Virus record (IMG/VR): IMGVR_UViG_651703002_000001
Location: 96,001 to 160,000 of that record
Length of the DNA: 64,000 nucleotides
Source: a virus
Lineage: Duplodnaviria; Caudoviricetes
Reading direction: 5' to 3' (one strand)
A model generated the notes under the pieces. It ran no database searches. It saw only the letters and a program-made list of their open reading frames with translations, and was not told the origin of the DNA. Of the stretch, positions 9,806 through 18,417 are shown one piece after another (position 1 is the first letter of the stretch; the number at the start of each line of letters is the position of its first letter). A program made the position numbers and the translations under genes.

Positions 9806-10543
9806 ATGATATATGCTGTGTCCGGTTTAAAGAGAACCGGAAAGGACACGGTTTCATCTTTCATTAAAGATCTGACCGGAGCTAAACCCTATGCTCTAGC
9901 AGAACCAATCAAACGTTCATTGTTTTATGCTCTGAGTCCACGTTCAAAATTAAATTTGACGTGGGAAGATGTAAATGGTCAGACTGATTATGATAGAGAA
10001 ACTGATTTAGAACTTTCCACATTAGAACTTAGAAACATCCTAAATACTGCTGTGATGTTCTGTAACAGAACTAATAAATTTAACCATGACGAACTTAGTC
10101 AGATTTTTCTAAAGATAAAAAATCTTAGTGCTCTGGATAATATGAAGTTCAAAGATATTATTTGTTGGAGTTTTGCTAACTTCTTTGGAAATAAGAGATT
10201 AGCAAATGACATTGAGAATAAATATCGATGGTCAGTCAGAAGATTGATGCAAGTTTTAGGAACTGACTTAGTTGTTAGTGTTAGACGAGATTACTGGTTA
10301 GAATGTATCCCAGAAACTGATGGAGACATTATAATTACTGATATTCGTCAAACTCACGAAATGCAATATTGTAGAGAAAATAACGCTCATGTTATTTTTG
10401 TTGTAAAAACTGGGATCGTATCTACGGATAGCCACATAACAGAAAAAGGCTTAGAACCTAGTGCTAGTGACACCATCGTTTATAATGATGGAACTCTTGA
10501 AAATCTCAAATCAAAAATTGAATCTATAATTAAAGGAAAATAA
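9806..10543 (+). CDS. 1: dNMP kinase gp1
   Basis: SGLKRTGKDT P-loop, LAEPIK, RRLMQVLGTD, ITDIRQTHE, HITE motifs. Confidence 0.93.
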   Translation: MIYAVSGLKRTGKDTVSSFIKDLTGAKPYALAEPIKRSLFYALSPRSKLNLTWEDVNGQTDYDRETDLELSTLELRNILNTAVMFCNRTNKFNHDELSQIFLKIKNLSALDNMKFKDIICWSFANFFGNKRLANDIENKYRWSVRRLMQVLGTDLVVSVRRDYWLECIPETDGDIIITDIRQTHEMQYCRENNAHVIFVVKTGIVSTDSHITEKGLEPSASDTIVYNDGTLENLKSKIESIIKGK

Positions 10544-10544
10544 A

Positions 10545-10769
10545 ATGCAAGACCAAGTTAAACAACTTCAAACCACTATTATCGAACTGAAAGCCCGTAT
10601 TTTTGACGTTAGTGAAGAACTGCAACGTAGTACGAGTTTCCATGGTGAACTGTTTGCACATCTAGCAAAACAGCTCGGTCTGGAAGGTGAGAAGGCTACT
10701 CAGTTTGAATCTTTTGTAGAAGCTATTGAAGTTCTGAAGCAAAATCAAGTTGAAGTTGTTGCCGAATAA
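10545..10769 (+). CDS. 57A: Tail fiber chaperone gp57A
   Basis: Small acidic coiled coil with LKARIFD; follows gene 1 as in T4. Confidence 0.8.
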   Translation: MQDQVKQLQTTIIELKARIFDVSEELQRSTSFHGELFAHLAKQLGLEGEKATQFESFVEAIEVLKQNQVEVVAE

Positions 10770-10775
10770 TGTTAT

Positions 10776-10810
10776 AAGGGGGTTGCTTAACGGCAATCCC
10801 CTTTTATTTT
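10776..10810 (+). terminator. Terminator after 57A
   Basis: AAGGGGGTTGC-ttaacg-GCAATCCCCTT followed by a T-rich tail. Confidence 0.75.
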
Positions 10811-10888
10811 AAGAAATGTGTTGATTTTGGTATTAGGTATTGATATGATAACCACGTTCCCTAAATACAGCTTTACAAGGAAATAAAA

Positions 10889-11903
10889 ATGTCTAAAACC
10901 TTCTCCGAACTGTTTGGGTCTGTATCTCAAGCCGTTGCTATGAAAACCTTGGGATTGTCCTCTAGATTTACTGAGGAAGATCTTAAGGCTGCTTACCGTA
11001 AAGCTGCAAAAGAAAACCATCCGGATCGTGGTGGTTCTACAGAAAAAATGCAAAATATCAATACTGCATATGAAGCCCTTAAGGGTAAATCTGGTGCAGA
11101 TCAAGAAATGTCATTTCAAGATAGACAGGCTAAGAGTAAAGAAGAAAAGCAAGTTATTTTGAACTTTGTTACTCATATGTTTGATAAGTTTTTCGACACT
11201 CAGGCTTATCTAGCTTACTTTGAAAAGATGGCAGGGAAGAAATTCCGGTTTGAGCGACATATCAAATCTCCGTCTATCGGAAATTTTGTAGCGGTTGATT
11301 ATAAGTTTACATCAGAAGATAATACCGTATTCTTTGATATGACTGCCATGGCTACTATATTCATTACTAAAGCTCTTGGAGCTGGGTTTGATAAGCCTGA
11401 ACTTAGTGATATGGGCGTAACCACTGAGGTTATGATTGACCGTAAGAAAGTTAAAATGACCCAGACAAATTACAATCGTTCTGAAACTGAAAAGTTCATG
11501 AAAGATCCGAAAGTTCTGTTTCCAGAAACAAAACTGAAAAAGGCTTTTGCAAGTGACAAAAAAGTAAACCCTTTGAAGAAGGCAGATTACGGTTCTGTTT
11601 GTCAAGAAAGAACTTGGCGGTAGAAATCTGGGTGGCGATGATTATGCTATTGACTTAGGTAATGGTTCCGTTTTATACTTCAGTCGTATGACTTGGATGA
11701 GGAAAGGATTGTGGAACGTTTCCGGTCGCACTGCTGACAAACAGCGTTGGTCTGTTACTGCATCGATTTATGAGATTGAGACTCATGAAAATATGGATGT
11801 TATGGCGAATCTTGTAAAAGATCTTAAAACTCACAATTCTGAATCTGTAGACCAGATTGAGACTCGTGTCAAGAAAAATCTTCTAAACGTAAAAACCTTC
11901 TAA
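10889..11903 (+). CDS. J-domain (DnaJ-like) protein, apparently split by a 1-nt frameshift near 11591
   Basis: LKAAYRKAAKENHPDRGGSTEKMQNINTAYEAL J-domain with HPD. Removing one G in TACGGTT joins 10889..11623 to the frame containing 11688..11903. CTAAATA at 10861-10867. Confidence 0.8.
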
Positions 11904-11910
11904 ATAAAAA

Positions 11911-11941
11911 GTTTACAAATGGGTTATATTCGTGAGATAAT
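11911..11941 (+). promoter_or_regulatory. Early-type promoter (GTTTACA -35) for tRNA-Leu; same AAAGTTTACA motif at ~15511 and ~16105
   Basis: GTTTACA...GATAAT; T4 early promoters carry GTTTAC at -35. Confidence 0.65.
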
Positions 11942-11956
11942 AACCCTATCAAAGAA

Positions 11957-12041
11957 GCTTGTGTGGTGGAACTGGTATACACATTAGACTTAAAATCTAA
12001 CGCCTTCGGGATTGGGGGTTCGAATCCCCCCACAAGCACCA
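11957..12041 (+). tRNA. tRNA-Leu(UAA)
   Basis: Cloverleaf; anticodon arm TTAGA-CTTAAAA-TCTAA, long variable arm, GGTTCGAATCC, 3' CCA. Confidence 0.95.
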
Positions 12042-12066
12042 AATTTAAAAACAATAGGAAAATATA

Positions 12067-12285
12067 ATGTCTCAGTTTGTTGTAACTCTAGTGGATCCTT
12101 CTCAATTTAACGACATTGAGCGTATGGTTGTTGATACTTCCTTTATCAAAGGACTCTCCGAACGAAAGGGTCTGGCTTATATTACAGTAGAAACTAAAAC
12201 CTCTAGTTATAAGACAATTGCCGTACATGAATCATTTGATCATATTTCGAATATTATGATTCAAACCAGTCGCGGTTACCTGTAA
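12067..12285 (+). CDS. Hypothetical protein
   Basis: 72-aa ORF with AGGA RBS, followed by a hairpin terminator at ~12303-12332. Confidence 0.7.
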   Translation: MSQFVVTLVDPSQFNDIERMVVDTSFIKGLSERKGLAYITVETKTSSYKTIAVHESFDHISNIMIQTSRGYL

Positions 12286-12349
12286 TTTTTAAACGTGTTT
12301 CATCCCCTATCAAATTTTGGTAGGGGATTTTTATTACCAAGAGGTTAAT

Positions 12350-12493
12350 ATGAAAGTTGTTATGAAATCCGGTCAAAATATTGAAGTTAAAGAAGTTATT
12401 TCTATGGCTAATAACCAATCGCTTTTGGTAACCGATACATATGCGGTATGGGTATATGATAATGAAATCAAAGATGTTTTTGTAGGTGATTAA
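12350..12493 (+). CDS. Small hypothetical protein (47 aa, not in ORF track)
   Basis: GAGG RBS, ATG 12350, TAA 12491-12493 abutting the next ATG. Confidence 0.6.
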   Translation: MKVVMKSGQNIEVKEVISMANNQSLLVTDTYAVWVYDNEIKDVFVGD

Positions 12494-12494
12494 T

Positions 12495-13691
12495 ATGGAT
12501 TGGGTTGGTATGCCTGCATTTAAGCAGGAAAAACAAAAAGAATATCACCTAATAACTGCAATAGAAATCGTTGATATGTTTTCTGATAAATCACCACAGA
12601 AAATCCTAATTCGTTTTGATAATGATGTAGATCTTAAATTATTTTCTGATAGATTGGGTGTTCCTTTATCCAAATCAGATAAAGAGATTTATTTTGATGA
12701 CATACATACTTTATCTATCCAGACGGATCAACCATTGACCGATAGAACAAAATCTATCTGGTTTCCTCAACTAGTTAGAGGTATTAATGCTGATAAAAGA
12801 TGGTTTGGTGATGATAAGAAAAATCGATATCCTATCTATATTGTTTCGAAAGGTCGTTATAAAAATGGCTTGACATGGAAAGCCTTGGATAGGGTAGGTG
12901 CCGATTATTATGTAGTATGTGAAAACCATGAATTAGAAAATTATTCTGAAGTTGTAGGTGTTCAACGTTGTTTGGTTCTTCCTCAACATTATCTAGATGA
13001 ATATGATACTTGTGATGATCTAGGTAATACAAGAAGTAAGGGACCGGGAGCGGCACGTAATTTTTGTATAGACCATTCAAAAGAACTTGGGTTTAAACGT
13101 CATTGGGTAATGGATGATAATTTGGATGATTTTCATCGCCTGCATAATAATATGAAGTTGCCGGTTAGGACACCTGCATGTTTTAGAGCAGCCGAGGATT
13201 TTGTTGATAGGTTTGACAACGTTCCCGTTAGTGGGTTAAACTACTATTCATTCTGTAAGTCTACAGATAAGGTAAATCCATACACTAAGAATACCCGAAT
13301 TTATTCTTGTCTTTTGATTGAGAATGATAGTGGTTATCGATGGAGAGGACGATATAACGAAGATACCGATCTAAGTTTGAGAGTTCTAAAGGATGGATTG
13401 TGTACTATTCAATTTAACGCATTCTTGTGTGGAAAAGTTACAACTCAAAGAATGCGGGGCGGAAACAGTAAAGAGTTTTATGACGAAGAGGGTACAATGC
13501 CAAAATCAAAAATGATTGAGGACCTACACCCTGACGTTGCCAAAGTAGTTTGGAAATTTAATAGATGGCATCACCATGTTGACTATACAGCTTATAAGAA
13601 TCTTAAATTGAATCTTATAAATCCGGATCAAAAATATAATGAAGTTGATGATTACGGTATGTATATGATTGATGGTATTAAAACAAAATAG
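12495..13691 (+). CDS. TAGT/GREB1-like glycosyltransferase with fused N-terminal WxGMPxFxQ domain
   Basis: YPIYIVSKGR, GPGAARNF, HWVMDDN, RIYSCLLI, RGRYNEDTDLSLRVL, MRGGN match phage TET/JBP-associated glycosyltransferases as I recall them. Confidence 0.75.
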   Translation: MDWVGMPAFKQEKQKEYHLITAIEIVDMFSDKSPQKILIRFDNDVDLKLFSDRLGVPLSKSDKEIYFDDIHTLSIQTDQPLTDRTKSIWFPQLVRGINADKRWFGDDKKNRYPIYIVSKGRYKNGLTWKALDRVGADYYVVCENHELENYSEVVGVQRCLVLPQHYLDEYDTCDDLGNTRSKGPGAARNFCIDHSKELGFKRHWVMDDNLDDFHRLHNNMKLPVRTPACFRAAEDFVDRFDNVPVSGLNYYSFCKSTDKVNPYTKNTRIYSCLLIENDSGYRWRGRYNEDTDLSLRVLKDGLCTIQFNAFLCGKVTTQRMRGGNSKEFYDEEGTMPKSKMIEDLHPDVAKVVWKFNRWHHHVDYTAYKNLKLNLINPDQKYNEVDDYGMYMIDGIKTK

Positions 13692-13702
13692 GATACTTAA
13701 AA

Positions 13703-14125
13703 ATGAAAGTTAAGCTAGGTGTATATAATTCTCGAATTTCTGATAAGATGATTAAAAATAGGAATGGAACCATTTTTGTTATTGATCCGAGTGCATTGGA
13801 AAAATACAAACAAACTCTTCCTACAGAGATCAATTACGGTCAACAAATCGATCTTGATGAAATTCGGTCAACCCCAAAACCGGTAGGTCGTATTGATGAA
13901 ATTGAATATGATATCGAAAATGACCTAGTTCATGTTTACGCCAATATCACGAAATATTATAGTGAAATTTGGAATGAACAGCGTGGATTTACTTCATTCT
14001 CTGCTAGGTTGATCGGAAATCTTAGTAAAAAGAATTTTGATAGTGTTTTTGTTACAACTGATGTAATTACATGGGATGTTGAGAATTTCAAAACCGGTTT
14101 GGAGACGGAAGATGGGAAGCTTTAA
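13703..14125 (+). CDS. Hypothetical protein
   Basis: 140-aa ORF with RBS, co-oriented with neighbours. Confidence 0.7.
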   Translation: MKVKLGVYNSRISDKMIKNRNGTIFVIDPSALEKYKQTLPTEINYGQQIDLDEIRSTPKPVGRIDEIEYDIENDLVHVYANITKYYSEIWNEQRGFTSFSARLIGNLSKKNFDSVFVTTDVITWDVENFKTGLETEDGKL

Positions 14126-15137
14126 TACTATTTGTTCGGTAAGTCGCCAGATTGTTGAATGTGGGGATAAGGTAGTATTGTTGGCTATGGCAAATGGCGC
14201 TTGTATTAGCGCCATCCCATTAAACGCCGTATACGATGATTACGGAGACTTCGATGTAGCAAATGACCTTGGCTATGAATGTTTGTTCAAAAACGTTTCT
14301 ATGCACAACGAAGGCGTTACACATGATAATCTGATGTGTTGTTTGGGTTTAAACTCAGATAAACGGTGGACTGTTCCAAATCTATTTTCTACCACAAAAC
14401 GGTCTGAAATTACTTTGTCTGTCATAAAATCTTCGGTATATGATCTAGTTGCAGAATATGGATCCAGAAAATGGAACTACAAGAAAGAGTATAATTTAGA
14501 TCTTAGTTCCCGTTGGGAAAATCGTACTCCCGAATCTACAGCTAAAAATATAAAAAGGTTGGAACTTCAAATTGAAGAATATAAAAAGATGGATGAAGAA
14601 GACTTTTTAATCAATCATATGTATATGATGATTGATAATTTGAAGATGGGTAACGTTCGCCACCACGAACTATATTCACTTAGTCAGTATGGCGATATGA
14701 TCGATCATTATGCACACCATGATGATTCAACCAAAGCTATATTCGATAATATTGATATTTTTTCCAAATTAGAGGATTTCTTTATTGGTATTTCTGCTCT
14801 GGATATTACCCTTGTTCCTCAAGAATATGGTCGCCAGACAGTAAATCAATTCGAACGAGTTAAGATTTTGACTGATATCCAAATTGCTGGATTCAATCAA
14901 ACGGAAAAAATTCAGTTGACACCAATTGAATGGGATGTTAAAGTACCTTCAAATATAGTTGAAGAGTATACCAAACCTAACTGGTCTAATGAAATTGATC
15001 TTATTCGTATTGGAAATTCTCTTGAAATTACGGACTCGAAATATAATGAGTTTAAACAATACAAATACCCAAATGTTTTCTTGAGTGAAGAATTGGTATG
15101 GCCTAACGGTAATTTTGTTGAAAGTGATATGATATGA
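14112..15137 (+). CDS. Hypothetical protein
   Basis: Long ORF; GGAG RBS before ATG 14112 (MGSFNTICSVS). Confidence 0.75.
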   Translation: MGSFNTICSVSRQIVECGDKVVLLAMANGACISAIPLNAVYDDYGDFDVANDLGYECLFKNVSMHNEGVTHDNLMCCLGLNSDKRWTVPNLFSTTKRSEITLSVIKSSVYDLVAEYGSRKWNYKKEYNLDLSSRWENRTPESTAKNIKRLELQIEEYKKMDEEDFLINHMYMMIDNLKMGNVRHHELYSLSQYGDMIDHYAHHDDSTKAIFDNIDIFSKLEDFFIGISALDITLVPQEYGRQTVNQFERVKILTDIQIAGFNQTEKIQLTPIEWDVKVPSNIVEEYTKPNWSNEIDLIRIGNSLEITDSKYNEFKQYKYPNVFLSEELVWPNGNFVESDMI

Positions 15138-15511
15138 CACATGACTCATTTGTATATACTGTTTATAGTCCATGTTTTTGTATTGATGCAAAAACAAATA
15201 TACCGGTTTGGGGTTATCCTAAAGAAGGGGAACCGCCAATTAACATAATTCATCTAGAGAATCAAAGAGTTTATTTTGATGAGTCGATCCGTATTGATCT
15301 GCACGGTCTTGTAACTGCGGTACTTATGTTTATTAGAGAACGAACCCCAGAAGCAACACATCTTTATATGTACAATATAAATGTGGAACATCAATATGTT
15401 GAATATACTTTCATCAATAAAGAAAAGAAGTTGCGCCTAGCAAGGAGTAATATTCATAATAAAAATACACCTTTTGTTGAAAGTGAATGGTTGACCCCTA
15501 ATGAAAATTAA
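15134..15511 (+). CDS. Hypothetical protein
   Basis: 125-aa ORF, ATGA overlap with the upstream gene. Confidence 0.7.
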   Translation: MTHDSFVYTVYSPCFCIDAKTNIPVWGYPKEGEPPINIIHLENQRVYFDESIRIDLHGLVTAVLMFIRERTPEATHLYMYNINVEHQYVEYTFINKEKKLRLARSNIHNKNTPFVESEWLTPNEN

Positions 15512-15551
15512 AAGTTTACAAACCACATTTTGATATGTTATCATTGTTTTA

Positions 15552-15690
15552 GATACGAAAAGGTCGAGCGCGATGCGGTAAGGAAGCAAAGCGGTTACAT
15601 CCTTAATACTGAACCGATTAAGTTACGGCGGATGGACTGGGCTTTGGTAAACGGGGAAGCATAGACCCGAGCACCTGAGTAGTATCACCA
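15552..15690 (+). ncRNA. ~139-nt stable-RNA candidate with tRNA-like ends (T4 species 1/2-type)
   Basis: GC-rich, no ORF, own promoter (TTTACA 15515, TATCAT 15539); 5' GATAC pairs with 3' GTATC followed by ACCA; internal TAAGGA/TCCTTA stem. Confidence 0.7.
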
Positions 15691-15708
15691 AATTATGGGA
15701 GTTTATTT

Positions 15709-16104
15709 ATGACACGTAATGAGAAATATAAATTAGGAGTTTCTAAATTTATCAAGAAAGGTTTAACATTGATACAATCTAGTATCATGTATAAACAGAC
15801 AGATCCTGAATGGGAAGAAAAAGACGAAATTTATTGCTACCTAAATAAGGATGATAAAGAGATTTACATTATTAAACGTCTTGGGTCGTGTTGTGGTCCT
15901 TGGCTTAGTGTAAGTTGTCGAATTCTTCGTAGAAAAGGTTATGCGGAATTCAATTTTGATGATACAATAGAAGCTGATTATATGGGTGGTAAACGAACTG
16001 CATATCGTGTGATGTTTACATCCGAACCGGAAGTAGTGTATAATGAAAACTTCCCGTTCTACAAATCGAATCTAATTCAGATTTATGAAAAACTAACCAA
16101 ATAA
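15709..16104 (+). CDS. Hypothetical protein
   Basis: 131-aa ORF with GGGAG RBS. Confidence 0.7.
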   Translation: MTRNEKYKLGVSKFIKKGLTLIQSSIMYKQTDPEWEEKDEIYCYLNKDDKEIYIIKRLGSCCGPWLSVSCRILRRKGYAEFNFDDTIEADYMGGKRTAYRVMFTSEPEVVYNENFPFYKSNLIQIYEKLTK

Positions 16105-16202
16105 AAAGTTTACACATCATTGAATATTGTGATATGATGGTTATATCGATGAGTCATCGAACAAACAGTTTTGTGATGTACATCTAGAATGTTTAAACTT
16201 GT

Positions 16203-16279
16203 GCGCTGTTAGCTCAGTTGGATAGAGCAACGTTCTTCTAAAGCGTGGGTCGCTGGTTCGAATCCAGCACGGCGCACCA
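16203..16279 (+). tRNA. tRNA-Arg(UCU)
   Basis: Anticodon loop CTTCTAA, TTCGAAT T loop, CCA. Confidence 0.95.
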
Positions 16280-16285
16280 AAATTC

Positions 16286-16369
16286 GGGGATGTGGTGAAA
16301 TTGGCAGACACACCAGATTTAGGTTCTGGCGCTTATAGCGTGACGGTTCGAGTCCGTCCATCCCCACCA
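16286..16369 (+). tRNA. tRNA-Leu(UAG)
   Basis: CCAGA-TTTAGGT-TCTGG, variable arm, CCA. Confidence 0.95.
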
Positions 16370-16477
16370 GATTTAAGGGATAACTATGAAAATCCTCAAA
16401 ATGAAGAAATACCCTTACACATGTAGATTGTGTGGTTGGGATTATGAAAATTGAAGTTTGTGAATAAAAAGCTTTAT

Positions 16478-16553
16478 GCGGGTGTAGCTCAGTTGGTAGA
16501 GCTTCTGATTTCCAATCAGAATGTCGCGTGTTCGAGTCACGTTACCCGCTCCA
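16478..16553 (+). tRNA. tRNA-Gly(UCC)
   Basis: TCTGA-TTTCCAA-TCAGA, U discriminator, CCA. Confidence 0.95.
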
Positions 16554-16556
16554 AAT

Positions 16557-16630
16557 TTGTATGTAACTCAATTGGTTAGAGCACGGGACACAAATCCCGT
16601 AGGATGTTGGTTCGAGTCCAATCATACAAA
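16557..16630 (+). ncRNA. Aberrant tRNA-like gene (6-nt anticodon loop, no CCA)
   Basis: Acceptor TTGTATG/CATACAA, normal D and T arms, anticodon arm ACGGGA-CACAAA-TCCCGT. Confidence 0.7.
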
Positions 16631-16641
16631 AATTTCAAGAT

Positions 16642-16719
16642 GGCCCCCATAGCTCAGTTGGTTAGAGCGTCCGACTCATAATCGGGTGGTCACTGGTTCG
16701 AGTCCAGTTGGGGCCACCA
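16642..16719 (+). tRNA. tRNA(CAU), probably Ile2 (lysidine type)
   Basis: GGCCCC acceptor and CTCATAA loop resemble enterobacterial tRNA-Ile2; one extra C in the 5' C run; CCA. Confidence 0.85.
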
Positions 16720-16740
16720 AATTTTGATGAGAACTATATT

Positions 16741-16935
16741 ATGTCTGGTATAAAATCCATAATTGAAAATTGGTCAGTTGGTGATGGTATAATCCACTGG
16801 AAGAATGGACGTCATAGTTTAGTAGTCTTTGGGTTTGCTCCAAATGGAGAACCTGCATTTAAGTTTAAAGGTAAGAATAAACTTACGTCAGTAAGACAGA
16901 TTGAAAAATCAATAGTGATGGCACATATTCTATAG
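16741..16935 (+). CDS. Small hypothetical protein
   Basis: ATG 16741 with GAG RBS; 64 aa between tRNAs. Confidence 0.55.
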   Translation: MSGIKSIIENWSVGDGIIHWKNGRHSLVVFGFAPNGEPAFKFKGKNKLTSVRQIEKSIVMAHIL

Positions 16936-17177
16936 TCGTAAGCTCTCACGAATTTAATGGTCGTTGACCTTACGATAACAATAAAGCGGGTATGAGTCCC
17001 CTAGCTTTTAAAATTATAAAAGGGATGTTGATGCGCGTATGTAGCCGGGTTATAATGACCGAGATTCATGAAGGGTAAAAGACTACCCTAAATATTAGTG
17101 TAAGAAGAGTATTTTGGGGTTATCGCAATTAAATTGTTATAATTTTTCGGAATACCAGTTACACTAATAAATATTAT

Positions 17178-17253
17178 TGCGAGTTGGAGAAGTGGTCATC
17201 TCGACAGGCTCATTACCTGTAGGTCGGTTGTTCGAATCAACCACTCGCAACCA
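17178..17253 (+). tRNA. tRNA-Met(CAU)
   Basis: ACAGG-CTCATTA-CCTGT, acceptor TGCGAGT/ACTCGCA, CCA. Confidence 0.88.
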
Positions 17254-17259
17254 AATTAA

Positions 17260-17335
17260 GGGCGTGTAGTTCCAGCGGTAGAACGATGGACTGTTAATCC
17301 ATGTGTCGGGGGTTCGAATCCCTCCACGCCCGCCA
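17260..17335 (+). tRNA. tRNA-Asn(GUU)
   Basis: ATGGA-CTGTTAA-TCCAT, G discriminator, CCA. Confidence 0.95.
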
Positions 17336-17338
17336 ATT

Positions 17339-17456
17339 TTGTGTATAGTTTAATCGGTTAGAACATGGTGTGGATCGACTCCACCTTTGCTGAATAGCGA
17401 AATAAATAACTGGCTTTAGTCGCCGGATGGTGCGGGTTCGAATCCCGTTACACAAA
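17339..17456 (+). ncRNA. tRNA-like RNA with ~45-nt structured insertion, no CCA
   Basis: Acceptor TTGTGTA/TACACAA, D arm GTTT-AATCGGTTA-GAAC, T arm GCGGG-TTCGAAT-CCCGT, three hairpins between D and T arms. Confidence 0.7.
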
Positions 17457-17464
17457 AAAGTTTA

Positions 17465-17558
17465 GGAAGGTCAACCCGACGGTAGGCGACGGGAGCGGTC
17501 TTGAAAACCGCCGAGGCGTAACAGCGCCTTGTGAGTTCGATCCTCACATCTTCCGCCA
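17465..17558 (+). tRNA. tRNA-Ser(UGA)
   Basis: GCGGT-CTTGAAA-ACCGC, long variable arm, GCCA. Confidence 0.93.
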
Positions 17559-17567
17559 AGTTTTAAT

Positions 17568-17643
17568 GCATCGTTAGCTCAGCAGGTAGAGCATGGGACT
17601 TTTAATCTCAGGGTCGCTGGTTCGAATCCAGCACGATGTACCA
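17568..17643 (+). tRNA. tRNA-Lys(UUU)
   Basis: TGGGA-CTTTTAA-TCTCA, CCA. Confidence 0.95.
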
Positions 17644-17649
17644 GTTTTA

Positions 17650-17733
17650 GGATGCATAGGCAAATGGTTAAGCCAGCGGTCTGTAAAACCGTAGCCTTCG
17701 GGCTTCTTGGTTCGAATCCAAGTGTATCCACCA
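17650..17733 (+). tRNA. tRNA-Tyr(GUA)
   Basis: GCGGT-CTGTAAA-ACCGT, variable arm, CCA. Confidence 0.95.
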
Positions 17734-17739
17734 AATAAT

Positions 17740-17814
17740 AGGTCTATGGTGTAGTGGTAACATGCCGGATTCCAAATCCGTGCGTCTGGGGTTCAAGTCC
17801 TCATGGGCCTGCCA
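17740..17814 (+). tRNA. tRNA-Trp(CCA)
   Basis: Loop TTCCAAA, acceptor AGGTCTA/TGGGCCT, GCCA. Confidence 0.9.
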
Positions 17815-17819
17815 AGTTT

Positions 17820-17896
17820 GGGGGATTAGCTCAGTTGGAATGAGCGACTGGTTTGCAACCAGTAGGTCATCGGTTCGACCCCGATATCCTCCACCA
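17820..17896 (+). tRNA. tRNA-Ala(UGC)
   Basis: ACTGG-TTTGCAA-CCAGT; G3:U70 pair; CCA. Confidence 0.95.
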
Positions 17897-18014
17897 ATTT
17901 TAATGAGCTTTTATGAAAATAATCAAGGTAAGAAAGTATCCATATACATGCAACGTTTGTGGTAACGACTATGACGACTGTTATTGTGGATTCTTGTTAA
18001 GTGTGTAAATAGAT

Positions 18015-18209
18015 TATAATTAGGTTATGGGCTCTAGATTCCTAGTCAGTTTCGCACCCTATAATCGCAACGCTGGTTCGAATGTAGATGTTTTGACCGA
18101 CTATAAACTACAGCCAGCAACGTATAAAAATCAGGATAAGTCCTGTAAAATCCTCGGTTGTTTCTAAGTCCCTCTCTGGTTCGTGAGTAATCAGGCGATA
18201 CTAATTATA
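18015..18209 (+). ncRNA. Putative ~195-nt structured RNA
   Basis: Closed by TATAATTAG/CTAATTATA; internal stems GCTGGTT/AGCCAGC, CAGGA/TCCTG, CTGGTT/AATCAG; no ORF; strand inferred from the flanking tRNAs. Confidence 0.55.
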
Positions 18210-18339
18210 TAAACGGGGTAAATAATTTAAGCGAGATTAGGGTTGCAAACCGAAATCGTAAGTCGTCTTGTACATACCCACTCAAAGAAGGTATGAGTTT
18301 ACAAGGTGCGCCAGTTTTCAGTCTGGTTAAAACTGTTAT

Positions 18340-18417
18340 CCGTGTGTAGGCTAGGCAGGTCAAGTCGTCTGTTTTGGGACCAGAAGATCGAAGGTTCGAA
18401 TCCTTCCACACGGACCA
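18340..18417 (+). tRNA. tRNA-Pro(UGG)
   Basis: Loop TTTGGGA, acceptor CCGTGTG/CACACGG, CCA. Confidence 0.92.

Noticed and set aside
17094-17169. Inverted repeat TATTAGTGTAA/TTACACTAATA as a MITE
   Set aside because: Single copy, no target-site duplication or transposase; more likely an RNA stem in the tRNA operon.
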